This document shows positions 24,738 through 37,343 of a DNA stretch of 64,000 nucleotides, piece after piece (the stretch's first letter is position 1; each line of letters starts with the position of its first letter). The DNA is from Phoronis australis (Eukaryota; Animalia; Phoronida), in NCBI GenBank assembly GCA_002633005.1, contig NMRA01000246.1:13240-77239 (forward strand), in the 5' to 3' direction. A program made the translations under genes and the position numbers. The notes beneath the pieces are model-generated. The model ran no database searches. It was not told the origin of the DNA and worked only from the letters and a program-made list of their open reading frames with translations.

Positions 24738-25780
24738 CATCCACTCTAAAAGTGGAATGAGGGTTAATCTTGCCTCGAACCAGCACTTAACTATTGGATT
24801 TCGCTGCCTTAATCGTCATGCGAGCCCACCTGGCTAGATCACCCAAGCCTTTTAGAATCCGTCCTGCCCCTTAATGCAGACTGAGTTGTAACTGTGCGAT
24901 CATCCACATATGTACGACAACTTGGTATACGCTTGTTCTATAATAAAGGTCCCCTCTTCTCTTTGGATGGTCGCTTAATCATAACATTCATGGCCATCGC
25001 AAACAAAATTATGGAAATTGTACAACCTGTCATGATCCGCGACTGACACTCCGTTGTAAAACCATTCACTGAGAATTTCGCCCTTTATCTTGTCAAGTAT
25101 TTGCTGATGAGAGACCGCAAATGATACATATACATCGCTTTCTCTATGCAATGTAAGTTTGTGCGGCATAGACCCATAGGCATTAGCCATGTCAACCCAT
25201 ATCGCCGACAGGTCTTTTTTGATTTCTTTGCATCCCTGATTAACTCCGTGATCACACAGTTGTGTTCTAAACAACCAGAGTAGCGGGAAATGCCTTCCTT
25301 CTTCGCTGAAGGGTTGCTATAGCTGTTCTCCAACAAATATGTCGTCAGTATGTCTGCCAGCACAGCAAAAAACTTTACCCTCCACATCCAATAACGAATT
25401 AGGGCGGAAGTCACCAATCTTGACTAAGCCTTTGCTTTTTGGAATGTACACCCCTTGTGCATTTCCCCATCTCCATGGCAACTCCTTAGCGCTCGGAGCG
25501 CCAGGACTCTCTCATCAGCTTCCAAAAACGGTGTAATAACTTTGGGCACTTCTTATACACGGTGTAAGGTAGCCCGGATTAGCCTGGAACTGATCCCGGC
25601 TTGGCGTTCGTGACCACCTTCCTGAAATCGCAGAACTTAAAATCGCCAACCTCCAAAGGTACACTTGGAAATTCCTATTCATTCATCCAATCAAAATATC
25701 CCAAAGGTTCCTTGCATCGAGTATCACTGTGAACTTCCTCCAGATGTTTCCCCAGCTCCTCTTTAGAACATCTGAGCTAA

Positions 25781-26346
25781 CTCAACCTGCGTGCTTAGCC
25801 CAGCCAGCACGCACCTTTCACGCAGAGGCACGCGCTTTAGCATAGGTCGATGTAACCTCGGCAGTCATTGGTTAGCTTTACAACACCGTGAAAAAATGGT
25901 GGACTGTGAACGATGTTTACCATTGTCATGCAAGTCGCGTCGCAGCAACTATTTCGTTTCTGCAGTGCTGCTTAATAGCCGCATGGTTGAAGCACATACA
26001 AGTACAATAAGCACATATCTGACCGATTTAAACTGTGTGTTATTCATACTGTATAAATACAGGACACTATCGTAAACAAAAGTCATCGACAGTAGAAAGA
26101 CGCAATCCGAAAAGACGCAATCACAATTTCTAGGCTTCACATTTCCTGATCATAAATTTAAGTACCGGTTTGTCTGTACAACAGACCACATTATTTTACA
26201 CTTCAGCCATGCCAGTTTGTTTGCGTAATGCGCTGCCTGTTGAGAATTCGACTAGCCAATCCGAAACGATGGTTTAAAAAAAATCCCGAGGAAATAGATA
26301 CCTGCGCGTTGGCGCTCCACCTAGCGGCACGCAGGGAACCAGCGAG
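25781..26346. mobile_element. 566-bp non-autonomous DNA element with 9-bp TSD (CTGAGCTAA) inserted in HERO
   Basis: TSD at 25772-25780 and 26347-26355; imperfect TIRs ctc...cctgcgtgc / gcacgcagg...gag. The HERO ORF rejoins across it. A 9-bp TSD fits MULE or AcademH-type elements. Confidence 0.85.
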
Positions 26347-28184
26347 CTGAGCTAACCGCTTGCTTCTTTCCCAAAAAGCTTCTTCGTGAACTTGTTTGGA
26401 TTGAACAAAAATTTCTTTCTCTTCCGGATCTTCTCGAACTTCTGCCTTTTAAGCTGCTCTGCCTTGTACAAAGATAAAAGTCTCTCCCTCAGCTCCTGGG
26501 CCTAACCTCTCCTCTCATGACTCTCAGCTCTCTTCTGCTGCCTCTTAAGGTTTCTCATCTCCGCCCGAATCTCCTTAATAACCATGTGTCTTCTACTAGG
26601 CCCTTGCGTGGTTGGATTCTTCCTCTTCGCCGCCACGCCAAATTTCGGATACCCGCACTTCGGAGTAAATGTCTGCATTCCAAACTTTTACAGAAGAATA
26701 TAATTGTATCAAACGGAACCAAAGGTTCAAGTAATTGTAATATATAAAGATGTATAGTTTGGATGAATGCCCGACTAAATTATCCTCACCAAATTTGAGA
26801 GACACCTTTGTCTCTATAGTGTAGAAATCTTTTGAATCATTGAAATTATTTTTCATTTACATAAATTATAACCTCTTTAATTTATTTCCCTTTTCATGAT
26901 ACTTTACACGCTATAATTTTTCGCATTTTGCCACACTCATAGTTTTTAGAATTACGTAATATTTTTAAACCAGTCAGGTATACGAAATGACAATTACTAT
27001 GAATTAAATTATTTATGTTTTGCTTCTAGTATAATCATCAAAAACTGACCAAGGGCTTTCTAATGATATGGCTATTATCCAATTCGGTAGAAAAACGGCG
27101 AATGCAAACAACTTTCACGCATGTGCGGCGTAACCTCAGCAGCCTCAAGATTGAAGATGGCATTCCAGGGCTAGAGTTCTATGCATTATGTTATGCCCTG
27201 GGTAGAGTTCGATACATGTCTCGCAGCGAGAAAAAATCTAGCCAAAATCACGTACTGTCATTGAAAATACACAGGAATATCTCTTGAGATCTTGCTTTTC
27301 TAGCCAGGATCTAGCGTTATTGAACTCCATCCTGGTCATGCCAATCCTACACTGTACCCGTTGTGTAGTAGTCATATCAAACACCTAACGTTTCTCACGT
27401 TGAAAACGCGGTGACATAAAATGCCATTTTATGTTTAGTAAAATATATGGAATTGTTGGAGAAAACATAAGAAGTGGTGTTGCCAGTTCTCCTTCCTGCT
27501 GTGTTTGTTCGCCTAGTATTTTATGCCGTTGAGGTTTTATTCTTGCAAACTGTTACGTAATTTTCATCATCTTACTCTTTGGACTCCATTTTCGCTAAAA
27601 GCTAAACAAATTGAATTTTTGAGCAAACCAACTTTTCAAAAACATATTCCCAAATAATTCCCAGCCAAAATGATATCATTGTTTGGAAATGAACGTTTTC
27701 TGAAATGAATGAGTCCAAAATCCAAATTTACGTTATTCTACGCATTTCACTGATTAAATCCTCAGTAATTCGATCAGTTTTTCCCAACCCCTGAAAATAA
27801 AATACACTTTATTGTGCGCCTTTTCATTATGAGATTGAAGATCAGTGTAACATGCATCTACCGCCGGTACTATAAATGGGTTTCATAGTCCATGATTGGC
27901 CAATGCTGTTGTTGCAATACTCAATATTTGTGACTGTAAAATTCAGAGAAACTTCGTTTTTACAAAGAAATATGCAACCTAAACCTGGATTCATGTCATA
28001 CACGAAAAAAGTAAATTGCCAGATGAAAGTACTCACGAAAAGTTTGCCTAAAACTCATGGCTCATCGACAAAAAGTAACGCTTTGTTATGTCCAAATTGT
28101 GTTTTTCCTTTGTGTTTCTCCCCAAAGCTCCAATGTCTGCAAATACTCTTCACGTTGATTGAAAAAGGGTTCTTCATGGTCTTG

Positions 28185-28299
28185 GTGAAGATATGTTTAT
28201 AAGTGAAATCAAATTACTCAGAGACCACTTCGAAACGTTCGAACTCTGTAATATCCGGTCTCTGAGTAAGTTGGTTTTACTTATAAACATACTCTTCAC
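28185..28299. repeat. Palindromic (hairpin) element
   Basis: gtgaagatatgtttataagtgaaatcaaattactcagagacc pairs with ggtctctgagtaagttggttttacttataaacatactcttcac. Confidence 0.85.
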
Positions 28300-28522
28300 G
28301 TTGTACGTGTGTAATGTAGTTCGCTACATATCCTAACTATATGGCAAATACGTCATCAGTCGATGATAAAGGCTATGATTTGATAGATAATAGGCCTACT
28401 AATCACCGCAATAAAGAAGAAATTTATGGTATAATTGCGGTTATTTTGAATTCTTCACTTCATTATGGCCATTGGCTGACTACGTCTTGAAGCTGTTACA
28501 TTTATTCTACATAGGTTTCATC

Positions 28523-28771
28523 ATGAGTGCTGTCGACAATCACGACGAAGAAGACGAGTTTATGATTGCTGCCGACTTGACGCTATACTCCAACCCTTTG
28601 ACAAAGGCGTTACAGGTGGCGCAACATAAGCGACAACCCGAGAAAAAGGCGGAAAATGGCGAGAAAAATACAGCCGAGAAAAGTGGTGAAAAAGAGGCAG
28701 AAACGGGAGACGTCATCGCCGCTGACATGACAAAATATGACAGCCCATTGACATGTGCTCTCACAAAATGA
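28523..28771 (+). CDS. 82-aa orphan protein with a duplicated IAAD[LM]TxYxxPLTxAL motif
   Basis: ATG lies just after a splice acceptor (ttctacatag|gtttcatcATG). The internal repeat is kept at the protein level (IAADLTLYSNPLTKAL / IAADMTKYDSPLTCAL) around a charged linker. AATAAA at 28921. Confidence 0.75.
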   Translation: MSAVDNHDEEDEFMIAADLTLYSNPLTKALQVAQHKRQPEKKAENGEKNTAEKSGEKEAETGDVIAADMTKYDSPLTCALTK

Positions 28772-29797
28772 CTGAACACTGACAAAAGTTATAATGGGAT
28801 GGGCATGAGCTTCTTACAACATCTCTTGTGCCGCTTTTTATTGCCCATCTTATCAGCTGATCATCATTTTTATTTTACTTATCTGTATTCACTATATTTA
28901 CTTGTAATTGTACTAGTCGTAATAAATGACCTTATATCCCCTACCTCGGTCTCCTTTTCATCTTTGACAGCTCCAAAGCTGAGACAGTCACAGATACTTG
29001 AGATGAACACACAAATTGCTTTTTGCTGGAGACAGTTGATTTCAAAAAGTTGGAATTTGTAGGTTGTCAGTATATGCGCAGTCAGTTAAACAGGAATTTG
29101 ATTGGTTCTGTTACTGTAAGCTATACAGAGAGAGCACAGCAAATATTATGCAGATTTAGATGAACATCATTGTATATAAAACAAAAAATCAAGTCATGGT
29201 TATTCTATACATTAGGATTGCGTAATATTCCTGTGTAAAGAGTGTAAAATCTCAGTCAGTCTTTAGTAACAAGCTGCGTGTGTTGCAATGTACTTTTGGT
29301 GATCAGTATTGCAATTTTTGTGCGTGAACGAATACATTCATGTTGTTATTTTAGTGTTCATGTTTTACTTGGCGAATACACATTCAGATTTTAACTGATT
29401 GTTGGGCTCGCAATCGCTGAGTGCATTGCTGTCGATTGTTTGCATACACTGTAAATATCGAGACAAATTTCAGCACCCAAAGCAAACAAACGAGACATTT
29501 GCACAAAGAATTGTCAAGAGTCTTTTCACGAAGAGAACACTGAGATATCGACAAGTTCTAGAGTAAAGAAGATTCGGGTGCAGGGTTAGCCCCAAACTTC
29601 AGCGATGCTTTCTTGTGCTGCTCGAAAACAACTGATTATTAAGGATTCTTGATGGGAGCTAATGACTGATTACCAATGACAGAATTTCAAGCAAGTGAGG
29701 ATCACTAATAGTTGCTCGTGTTGATCGTAATACTGTTTTGCGCGAGTGCTATGCAACATTACATTGACGTGTCAGTGACCATACGACATAACAGAGT

Positions 29798-30505
29798 ATG
29801 GCTGACGAGAATAATCAGCCAAAGAGAAGCAGCAAGGCTTCAAAAGTTGGAAGGAATACCGGAAAAAGTCGAGTTGAGGACCCAGCTGACAGAGACCAAA
29901 ATTCCCGAGCAAGTCAAACTATTCCAGACGAGTCGGAAAATCACGGGGAAGATAACTTCGAACAGGTTATTGAAAATGACTCTCCCCTACGAAACAATAC
30001 ACCTATTCAAGAAGACGCGGATATGTTAGATCAGCCATCGAACAACGTAGAACAAGATGACGTCATTGATGAAAACAATGACGACAGTGATACCCGGAAA
30101 ACAAATACGAAAAAATCAATGAACAGTTTCATGAAAAGTATGAAACTGTACAGACACAAACAAATATATTCAGTTGCCGCAAATCGGACTAAGGCACCCA
30201 CAGACATTCGCTTGCCAGATTGGAGAACGGCCAATGACAAAGCGTGGAAAGCAGACGACACCACTAGTTTCCACAGCAGTCTGGCTTCCACTTCGCTGGA
30301 TTTTATAGATTTCGATGCACCGACCCCTGCCAGTCAATACACGCCTGATCAATCCAATTATGGTGACGAGGCCGACGCAGATTTCAATAGCCAAAGGGGC
30401 TACAGCCAGAACTCGCTCTACAATGATGAAGGGCAGGATAGTTACATGTCTAATAGATCTCGAGACAGGGGCAGCAAGCTGTCGCCAGTGAAATATCTTG
30501 ACTGA
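29798..30505 (+). CDS. 235-aa acidic, low-complexity (probably disordered) protein of unknown function, single coding exon
   Basis: Longest gap-free ORF in the window, with good start context (agtATGG), protein-like D/E/N/S-rich composition and AATAAA at 30601. Confidence 0.65.
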   Translation: MADENNQPKRSSKASKVGRNTGKSRVEDPADRDQNSRASQTIPDESENHGEDNFEQVIENDSPLRNNTPIQEDADMLDQPSNNVEQDDVIDENNDDSDTRKTNTKKSMNSFMKSMKLYRHKQIYSVAANRTKAPTDIRLPDWRTANDKAWKADDTTSFHSSLASTSLDFIDFDAPTPASQYTPDQSNYGDEADADFNSQRGYSQNSLYNDEGQDSYMSNRSRDRGSKLSPVKYLD

Positions 30506-32506
30506 GACACATTCAAAACACCTGCTTGGTTAAAAATGAGGCACGTTTTTCCTTTTGGATATCTCAGTAAATTTGTCATTTGAAGTATTTTATGTTTTAG
30601 AATAAAATAATTAAAGTTATCAATTTCCGTTCGCTTTTACGTGCGACTTTGAGCAATTGTGTTTATTCAAGTTTTTTTTACAAGCCACATCTCAATTTCA
30701 CCCTGTATGTGTAGGTGCGACATACATGTATATGACGTAGGAAGGAAAACGGATAAAACTAATTTCACCAGGAAATCTTTTGTTTTCCCACTCCTATAAT
30801 AGCTTCATTTTTTGCCGCGGACGTCACCCTGTTTCTCTCTGACTACGGAAAGTTTTTTAATTGGAATCAAATTCATTGATGAGTGTCAGACCTACTCCCC
30901 GCACATTAACTGAGTACGCGTGCACTGGACCAACGCGAACAGTTTCTGCAGAACACGCAAATACCATGCGCAGTCCTAATCACCAGCAAGCAATTTTAAA
31001 CCTACTGTTTCGCCAAAGAAGAAAAGTATTAACATATCCGATGAAACCAGCTGCGAACATGAGTCAGGTGTCTATATTCGATAGATGTTGAATTATTTCT
31101 GAAACTATCGTTAGTTCCAGTGAATTATGACGTGCTTGTTAACAGTTTCATTGATTTCCAAATCTGTAACTAAGGGTTGACTGAACTGCGAGACAAATGA
31201 CACGTTCGCAAGTTGGCTTGGTGTACAATCAGCTTAAATAATTTCCTTGGTAACACTGTGTCAACGACATTGACTGCGTTGTAGCTGGATACAAGACTCT
31301 GTTCACTGACGGATACTGAGTTGCATGTGTGTTCAGCTGAACGTAGTCACAGTCATCACTGACGCAGTATACGTTTCGAACACTTCCACATCAGACTATA
31401 TGTTCCTACTGGTTGTACCAACACTTATACACCCCCGGCCTAAACCGGGCTTCAAGATATTTTGGAAATTAGATCCGCACTTCGTAAAACTTGGCATGTT
31501 TTTAAGAATAAAGTCAACTGTCTTTTATAAACAAAGATGACACTGTACTTAGAATAGCACATTCAAATAATAATAGTGAGACGTTTTGTCAGAACTAGTT
31601 GCTACGGCGCGTGGGAACTGATATAGAGAAACCTACACGAGTATCAGTTTCATGATGAAACGGGCAAAACTTATTGGAAATTTAGTCAAAATCCCGATAC
31701 GACTGTTGGATTTGTTTTCTCACATGAACAGTAAAGGCGATCTTTTTTGCCGAAAACTCGATGTGCCTAAAACTTTCAATCACATGACACAACTTTTGTA
31801 AAAACACGCTTACTCTAAGTACTTTAGTTAATTATTGTTAATAGTTTGATTTAAAGCTTACAATTGCTGTCAACGTGATTCAGCTTAATAAAGTGATACT
31901 TAATTATTTATTGTGGCTTTTAATAATAGACTATGAGCTAAGAGCACCATCGTTCGCCAGTTTTTCTCGTAACGAGACAGAACACATGTTTATTTCCGGA
32001 CTAACAGTACAGGTCTTCATTCTTTAACAGCTTGAGGCTGTTGCGATCATCTGATATTCAAGTTTTTACGCCCCGTCGTTGCTTCTTATCCTCTTGAATA
32101 TTTGGTAGTTGTCTAAACCCCTGCATAAACACCACACTTTTTCGTATGCTGAAAAGGTGTGTGTAAGTAGATGTTCCAACAAAAATTTTTGCTGGTGGTG
32201 TGACTCATACCCAGATGTGCACAAATATGGTTTCACGAAACTTCACTGTTTGGCTACAAAAACAAAAAGTTGTCTTACACGAGAGCAACGTTTGTCAAAA
32301 TGTATCAACGTTAAATCTTCACAAATTACAAAGTAACAGGCTGAACATGCCTTCCAGTTCAGCAAAAGTCAGGACTCATACTTGAGGTTGTCTGTGACTG
32401 AATACAGCAGTTCAGGAGTAGAAACCCACTACCAGTGGCACGCACCCAGTACCACACTGCGCACAGAAATCTTACCGCGCACAAAACGCTCTTCCACGGA
32501 ACTAAT

Positions 32507-32934
32507 GCTGGGTTGCCTGGTACAGTCCCATATAAGGACTCAACTAACTTCCCTAAATCTTTATTTGCTTATTTGTGTCTTTCTTTACTCAAAAATGTAA
32601 TCCTGCTTTATCATTTCAACTTTATTATAAGCTCCTCTTTGGCTAATAACATTTTCAACTAAAAACTGAGCCCTGAATTCAATGAAAATAATTAGGGACT
32701 TAGTCCTTAATTTAGCGGCGTTGCATGAAAAGATCCCTATTGATTTTCGATAAATGTTGAGAATTCAACGCCAAGTTCGCTATCGATTTGTATCAAAGCC
32801 AAAATTTGACTTAGCAATGCAACTAAAACAGCGTAAGAAAGGACAACCGATGTTTTCACAAGTCCACAAACACGCAGTAGATTTAGGGAACTTAAATGAG
32901 TCTCTATAAGTTGAGATTGTTCATACAACCAGGC
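32507..32934. mobile_element. Probable PIF/Harbinger-type MITE
   Basis: Inverted ends ggttg...ggactcaactaacttccctaaat / atttagggaacttaaatgagtc...caaccaggc; a related left end lies at ~20668-20718. Confidence 0.45.
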
Positions 32935-33553
32935 TCAGAACTCCAAACTCAGACACACTTTTATTCGTAATACCACCGAAGATCGCCAGAGATTGTTTCC
33001 CTGAAGAAACTTGGTCGCGCACTTAGGTTACTTGCATTAAAAATTGCCCGTGGTTGGATTTTTGGTTCCATGGTAAACGTGTTGTATTCATATACATCTT
33101 GATACTGTGATGTCTATGGTTGTATGCGTGACAAGAGTTTTGAAATTCGCGTGGTGTGGTTAGGACGTACGCCTGCGTTAAGAGTGGTCGTCATCCCCCA
33201 GCATAAACGAAAATGCTCAACAAAACGTCTTTAGCGTGAACACGCTAGAATCTGTCGACTGTTTGCGTACGCATGTGAACCGTCAATGCCACCGCAACAT
33301 CAGGTATACATCAGTTTTCGCACGGTAATTAAGAAATCGCGTCTTTTTGACAGAACAATTATTTTTATAAAGAGGATATTCCCTTGACAAATATTACGTT
33401 ATTGTGACAATCTGGGCCGTTGTGACAATTTGGGCCTGTACTATAGAACAAAAGTTGTTGTCACAATTTGCCCAAATTGTGGAAATTTGGGCCTGCAGCG
33501 CTAATCCAAATTGCCACTGTTTTGAACTTGTGACAAGTAAGCAATAGAAAAGA

Positions 33554-33873
33554 TAAGGGGCCGCACACCATAGGGGGCTGGAGGGGCTATATAGCCCCCT
33601 ATTTTTTCAGTCTTATGGCTCCGGCGCCCATGATCTATGGTACCACAGGGGGGCTAGGGGACTATAGTCCTCCACTTTTTTCAGTGCTGCACCGCCCATG
33701 ACACGGTAATTATTATATACTATTCATATATATTATAGCATGAGCGGCACACTATAGGGGTCTGGGGGCTAAAGCCCCTCTTATTTCAGTGCTGTGACGC
33801 CCATTGTGACGGGGCAGCGAACCACAGGGGGTTGTAGCCCCCCTCCACTTATTTCAGGGCTGCACCGCCCATG
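33554..33873 (+). repeat. Cluster of four copies of the ~75-bp CATGGGCG hAT-like MITE
   Basis: Four units with core gggggct...tagccc...tttcagtgctgcaccgcccatg; the last two are flanked by tatag/tataa. Confidence 0.8.
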
Positions 33874-33901
33874 TATAATTCGGTAGCAGCCCTTCGTTAA
33901 C

Positions 33902-34013
33902 ATAAACTTCGTTGAAAACACGACTGGATTTTTTGTTTGACAGCTTAATACGAGCGAGTCTGTACTAAGATGTCAAGCAAAAAAAGTCCAGTCGTGTTTT
34001 CAATGAAGTTTAT
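33902..34013. repeat. Palindromic (hairpin) element
   Basis: ataaacttcgttgaaaacacgactggattttttgtttgaca pairs with tgtcaagcaaaaaaagtccagtcgtgttttcaatgaagtttat. Confidence 0.9.
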
Positions 34014-35652
34014 ATTCCGCATCCATTGGACATACGTTGGAAGATTGACATATTGTATCAACAGCCTAAACACTCAAATAAATGAATAAACTTGACACCT
34101 GATGTAAACGTGGTATCGGGGTACAAACCATTGCACGCCCAAAATATTTGTTTTTGTTTTTAACATAACTGACCCCAATAAGAAATTAAAGTCATATTTT
34201 ATAAAAATCATCACTAAATTAGGCGCACAGAGGATTGTGTGCCCCGCCCCCTCGGCTAATTCTTTTCGCATACCTGACGTTGACAGCAGTTGGTCAGTTC
34301 AAGTTCACCCACATTGTCAAAACAAAGTCGGCTGCAGTCGATGCATCCGTTTTGCTCAGGCATGCAATAATTACTAGGCTTTTCACGATCAACAGCTCCA
34401 GTTTCACACAGGAATAAAGGTGGATTGCTATGAGCATGAAACGTTGACAAATCATATTTAATTCTCAGCGATGTCTGACATCAGATTTAAAACTACTATC
34501 AAAATTCAAAAACAAACTTCTCTGAATCAGTTCTATTATATGTTCCTCACAGTGAGAAGAATGGCATTGAATAATTTGTTCCGTATAGCTTTTGTGTACA
34601 TACACAGGGTATTAACAATTCGTCTTAGCAGATCAATACAGAGTTGGCCTACCTGAACGGTCAGGCCAGCACGTTCATGACCTGGATTCGACAGCAAGAC
34701 TCTTTGAGCCACGGGGATTCTAGGGGTTTATGCCAGTTTGTGTTATCCTGTAAAAATGCTGCTGTAAACCGTTAATATGCTGAAGAAATACAGGAAGTTT
34801 AAGAAAAGAGTTAACGGTCTCTTTCACGTCACGGAAGGCCCAGCAACACACGGCTATGGTATGTGCATGAAAACTGACATTTTCCTTAGCTCATAATAAG
34901 GTATCGACCGTTTGCAAGCTAGGCATAAATGTTGTTGTTTGAGAAGTGAATGCTTGCAGTTCAGTGTAAGACTGATTCAGGCATTTTGCTCATTTTAAAG
35001 TACTGAATGACGACTGACTATTATGAATATAACCTATGTCGGAACACCTTCTTGGAAGCAACTATGCCTCGTGTGATTTCCCAGGTTTCTGAGAACAAAA
35101 ACGCCATGTCCATCTGAAATTGACAGATGCAATAGTCCCGCCATCTAAACATTGCAACAACTGGCTTTTCGACTTCGGACAGCTGCTACATTATGCCGGT
35201 GCTCTATGGGTTATCCTGCCGGTACCTTTATATCCTCTATCCCTTTGATGAATTCCAGGCCACACCGTATCAGCTACCTGTACCCTGCGGCTGAGGTTTC
35301 AGTACTTAATCTGAAGGCCAAGAAGGAAGCATTTTAAATCACAGAGAAGAGAATTATACTGGACAGTACCTTTCTCAATGAATTTGGTTCTCAAAATCCC
35401 ACTGACTCAACTGACTGACGAAAACTGAGTGATATCAGTAGTGTTAGTCGTGTTCAGGCACATTTTCTCGCGCAAACGTTCCTCCATGTTCAAGTTCGCC
35501 CGGGGAAGTAGGGTGCATTCAAGGGAGGTGAAAGTGATAAAACCATTGGTATACGCCTCTTATAGCTTATCCCAATCCAGGCATGGCTCATCAAGATGAG
35601 AAGAAAGTTTCGTCTTCTCTGAACCCGTCAGAAATCTCGTGTCGGTATGACC

Positions 35653-35674
35653 CATAGACATTAAGATATCTATG
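35653..35674. mobile_element. 22-bp micro-insertion with CATAGA...TCTATG ends and 8-bp TSD (hAT-type)
   Basis: gtatgacc|catagacattaagatatctatg|gtatgacc. Confidence 0.75.
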
Positions 35675-36091
35675 GTATGACCATCCTGGATGTACTGCCA
35701 CCAAATTGTTTCAGGCCGAGTGGTAACTATGGGATACTATCCGTACAGATCACCCACTCCTCCACTAGCAATTAACGCTAAGTTACCCTGGTGCAACGCA
35801 ATAATCCCCCTAATCCCACTATCGTCGATTTAGTTGGACATGGTTGTATTTTACGCAGACAAAAAGGCTAGACGATTTGGGTCAAACTTGTTGGCGACCA
35901 GGCGTCATAGAGAGAAAGAGTTATGCTTTCCCCAGAAAATTGACGTTGGCAGGGGTAGGGGAAAGGGTGAGGAGCAACTACCGTTGTGGAGAGAAGGTTT
36001 GTGAAAAAAGTGCTTTCACCTCTGTAAACCCCGTCATAAAAATCGTGTTTATTCCTAACAGATTAATTATGTTTCTTTTTCATTTTGACAG

Positions 36092-37343
36092 CCTCTTTTG
36101 ATGCACGACCTGAATGGGTAGACGCGATATCGCCACTAGAATATCTTCACGATGTTAGTTGGGATGAGAATCAATGTGCCTCTGGTCTCAGTTTCATGGA
36201 CTCATGCACTGTGATAAGACGCGATTCTTCAAGTAACGTGCTTGGTGTTCGATGCAACCGAGGCTTCACGGAAGGCAAACATGTGTTCGAATTTGACTGG
36301 CCAGCGGCAAGTCGTGGAAAGACGGCTTGCATTGGAATTTGCAATGATGGTGAGCAGACGATGAAAAACATATATACATTACAAAACAAAAATTTAACTA
36401 GGGTTTTCGAGGCTTAAAAACTGACCCGACGATTCTTATTTCAGTTACAATTTTATGAGCACCTGCTAAAGGGTTAGGATTGGTCGATTTAAGTTGTCCA
36501 AATCCAGATTTAACTTATCGCTTTCTAGGTTTCATTGAAACAACTGCCTCATTTGCCAACGAACTGATTGCGAGGTTTTCTGGATGATCTCTGGAAAATG
36601 CAATTGTTACGTATTTCTGCTACTTATTGGTTTTATTTTATCCAGGAGAGGAACTATCTACTTCAAAAGGAATACTTGTCGGGGACACGCCCTTGTCGTG
36701 GGGTTGGGATATGGTGCGACGAAAAAAATATCACTCAAAAGCAGCCGTAGGCGCTGCCTACCCACCAAAAGGACTGTCGCCTACATTGCCAGATCGTGTG
36801 CTAATGTTTCTCGATTTGGATGAAGGAACGTTGAGTTTTGGATGCGAGGGCGGTACCTACTGGGGCGTCGCTCACAATGACATAACACGACCAGGCAAAC
36901 CAGTTTATCCCATGGCGGGAATACTATACAACGGGGCCATAGTGAAAATTTGTTATAGAGGATCATTCGGTGAGCTGATTTTGCTGTTATTAAAAGTATT
37001 TCTGTAATATTAAGGGAAAAACATAACATGAAGGCAAAGCGAAGACACAGCGTTTCGTCACACTTATTATCAGACTTTCTTGCTTTGAGCCTGTTTCTTT
37101 CCTGGTAAGACGACTGGTCTGTCAGCTCCATTAAAACCTCCACATAGTCGTTCACACTCTTAAAATCGTGATTGAAGTGGATGTTATCTATTTGCATTGT
37201 GGTTTATTCCAGAAGAACCGAAAACTCCTTCACCCGCTCCCGTGGAAACTGTCGGCGAAACATCGACTGCAAACGTCGAAATCTCCGAAACGATCTCCCC
37301 AAAGCTTTCAAGCATATCAGTTGACGACGGAACGTGTACGTGA
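36092..37343 (+). CDS. SPRY/B30.2-domain protein, SPSB/Gustavus-like (exons 36092-36349, 36646-36969, 37213-37343; start exon uncertain, possibly 35840-35996)
   Basis: Motifs SWDENQC, GVRCNRGFTEGKHVFEFDWP..RGKTACIGI, LVGDTPLSWGWD, LDLDEGTLSF, YWGVAH and PVYPM match the SPSB/FBXO45 SPRY domain. All introns are GT-AG and phase 1. Confidence 0.85.

Larger units (their letters stand above)
22600..26680 (-). mobile_element. HERO-clade (RLE-type) non-LTR retrotransposon, 5'-truncated and decayed
   Basis: In order: FLFNPNKFTKKLFG, CSKEELGKHLEEVHSD, GLPYTVYKKCPKLL, GISRYSGCLEH, IWVDMANAYGSMPH (RT), WARM...VLVRGK, IPSVSEKSVK..YLGK, LPGRFKV, a C..C...H..SSC knuckle, TTLRRDLVSWS..IIVELTVHW...ERKRLKY (restriction-like endonuclease) and PIEVHVGCRSF. 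Confidence 0.9.

Noticed and set aside
35583-35644. MAHQDEKK... as the first exon of the SPRY gene
   Set aside because: Its best donor (gtatga) is phase 2, incompatible with the phase-1 acceptor at 36092; left unresolved.
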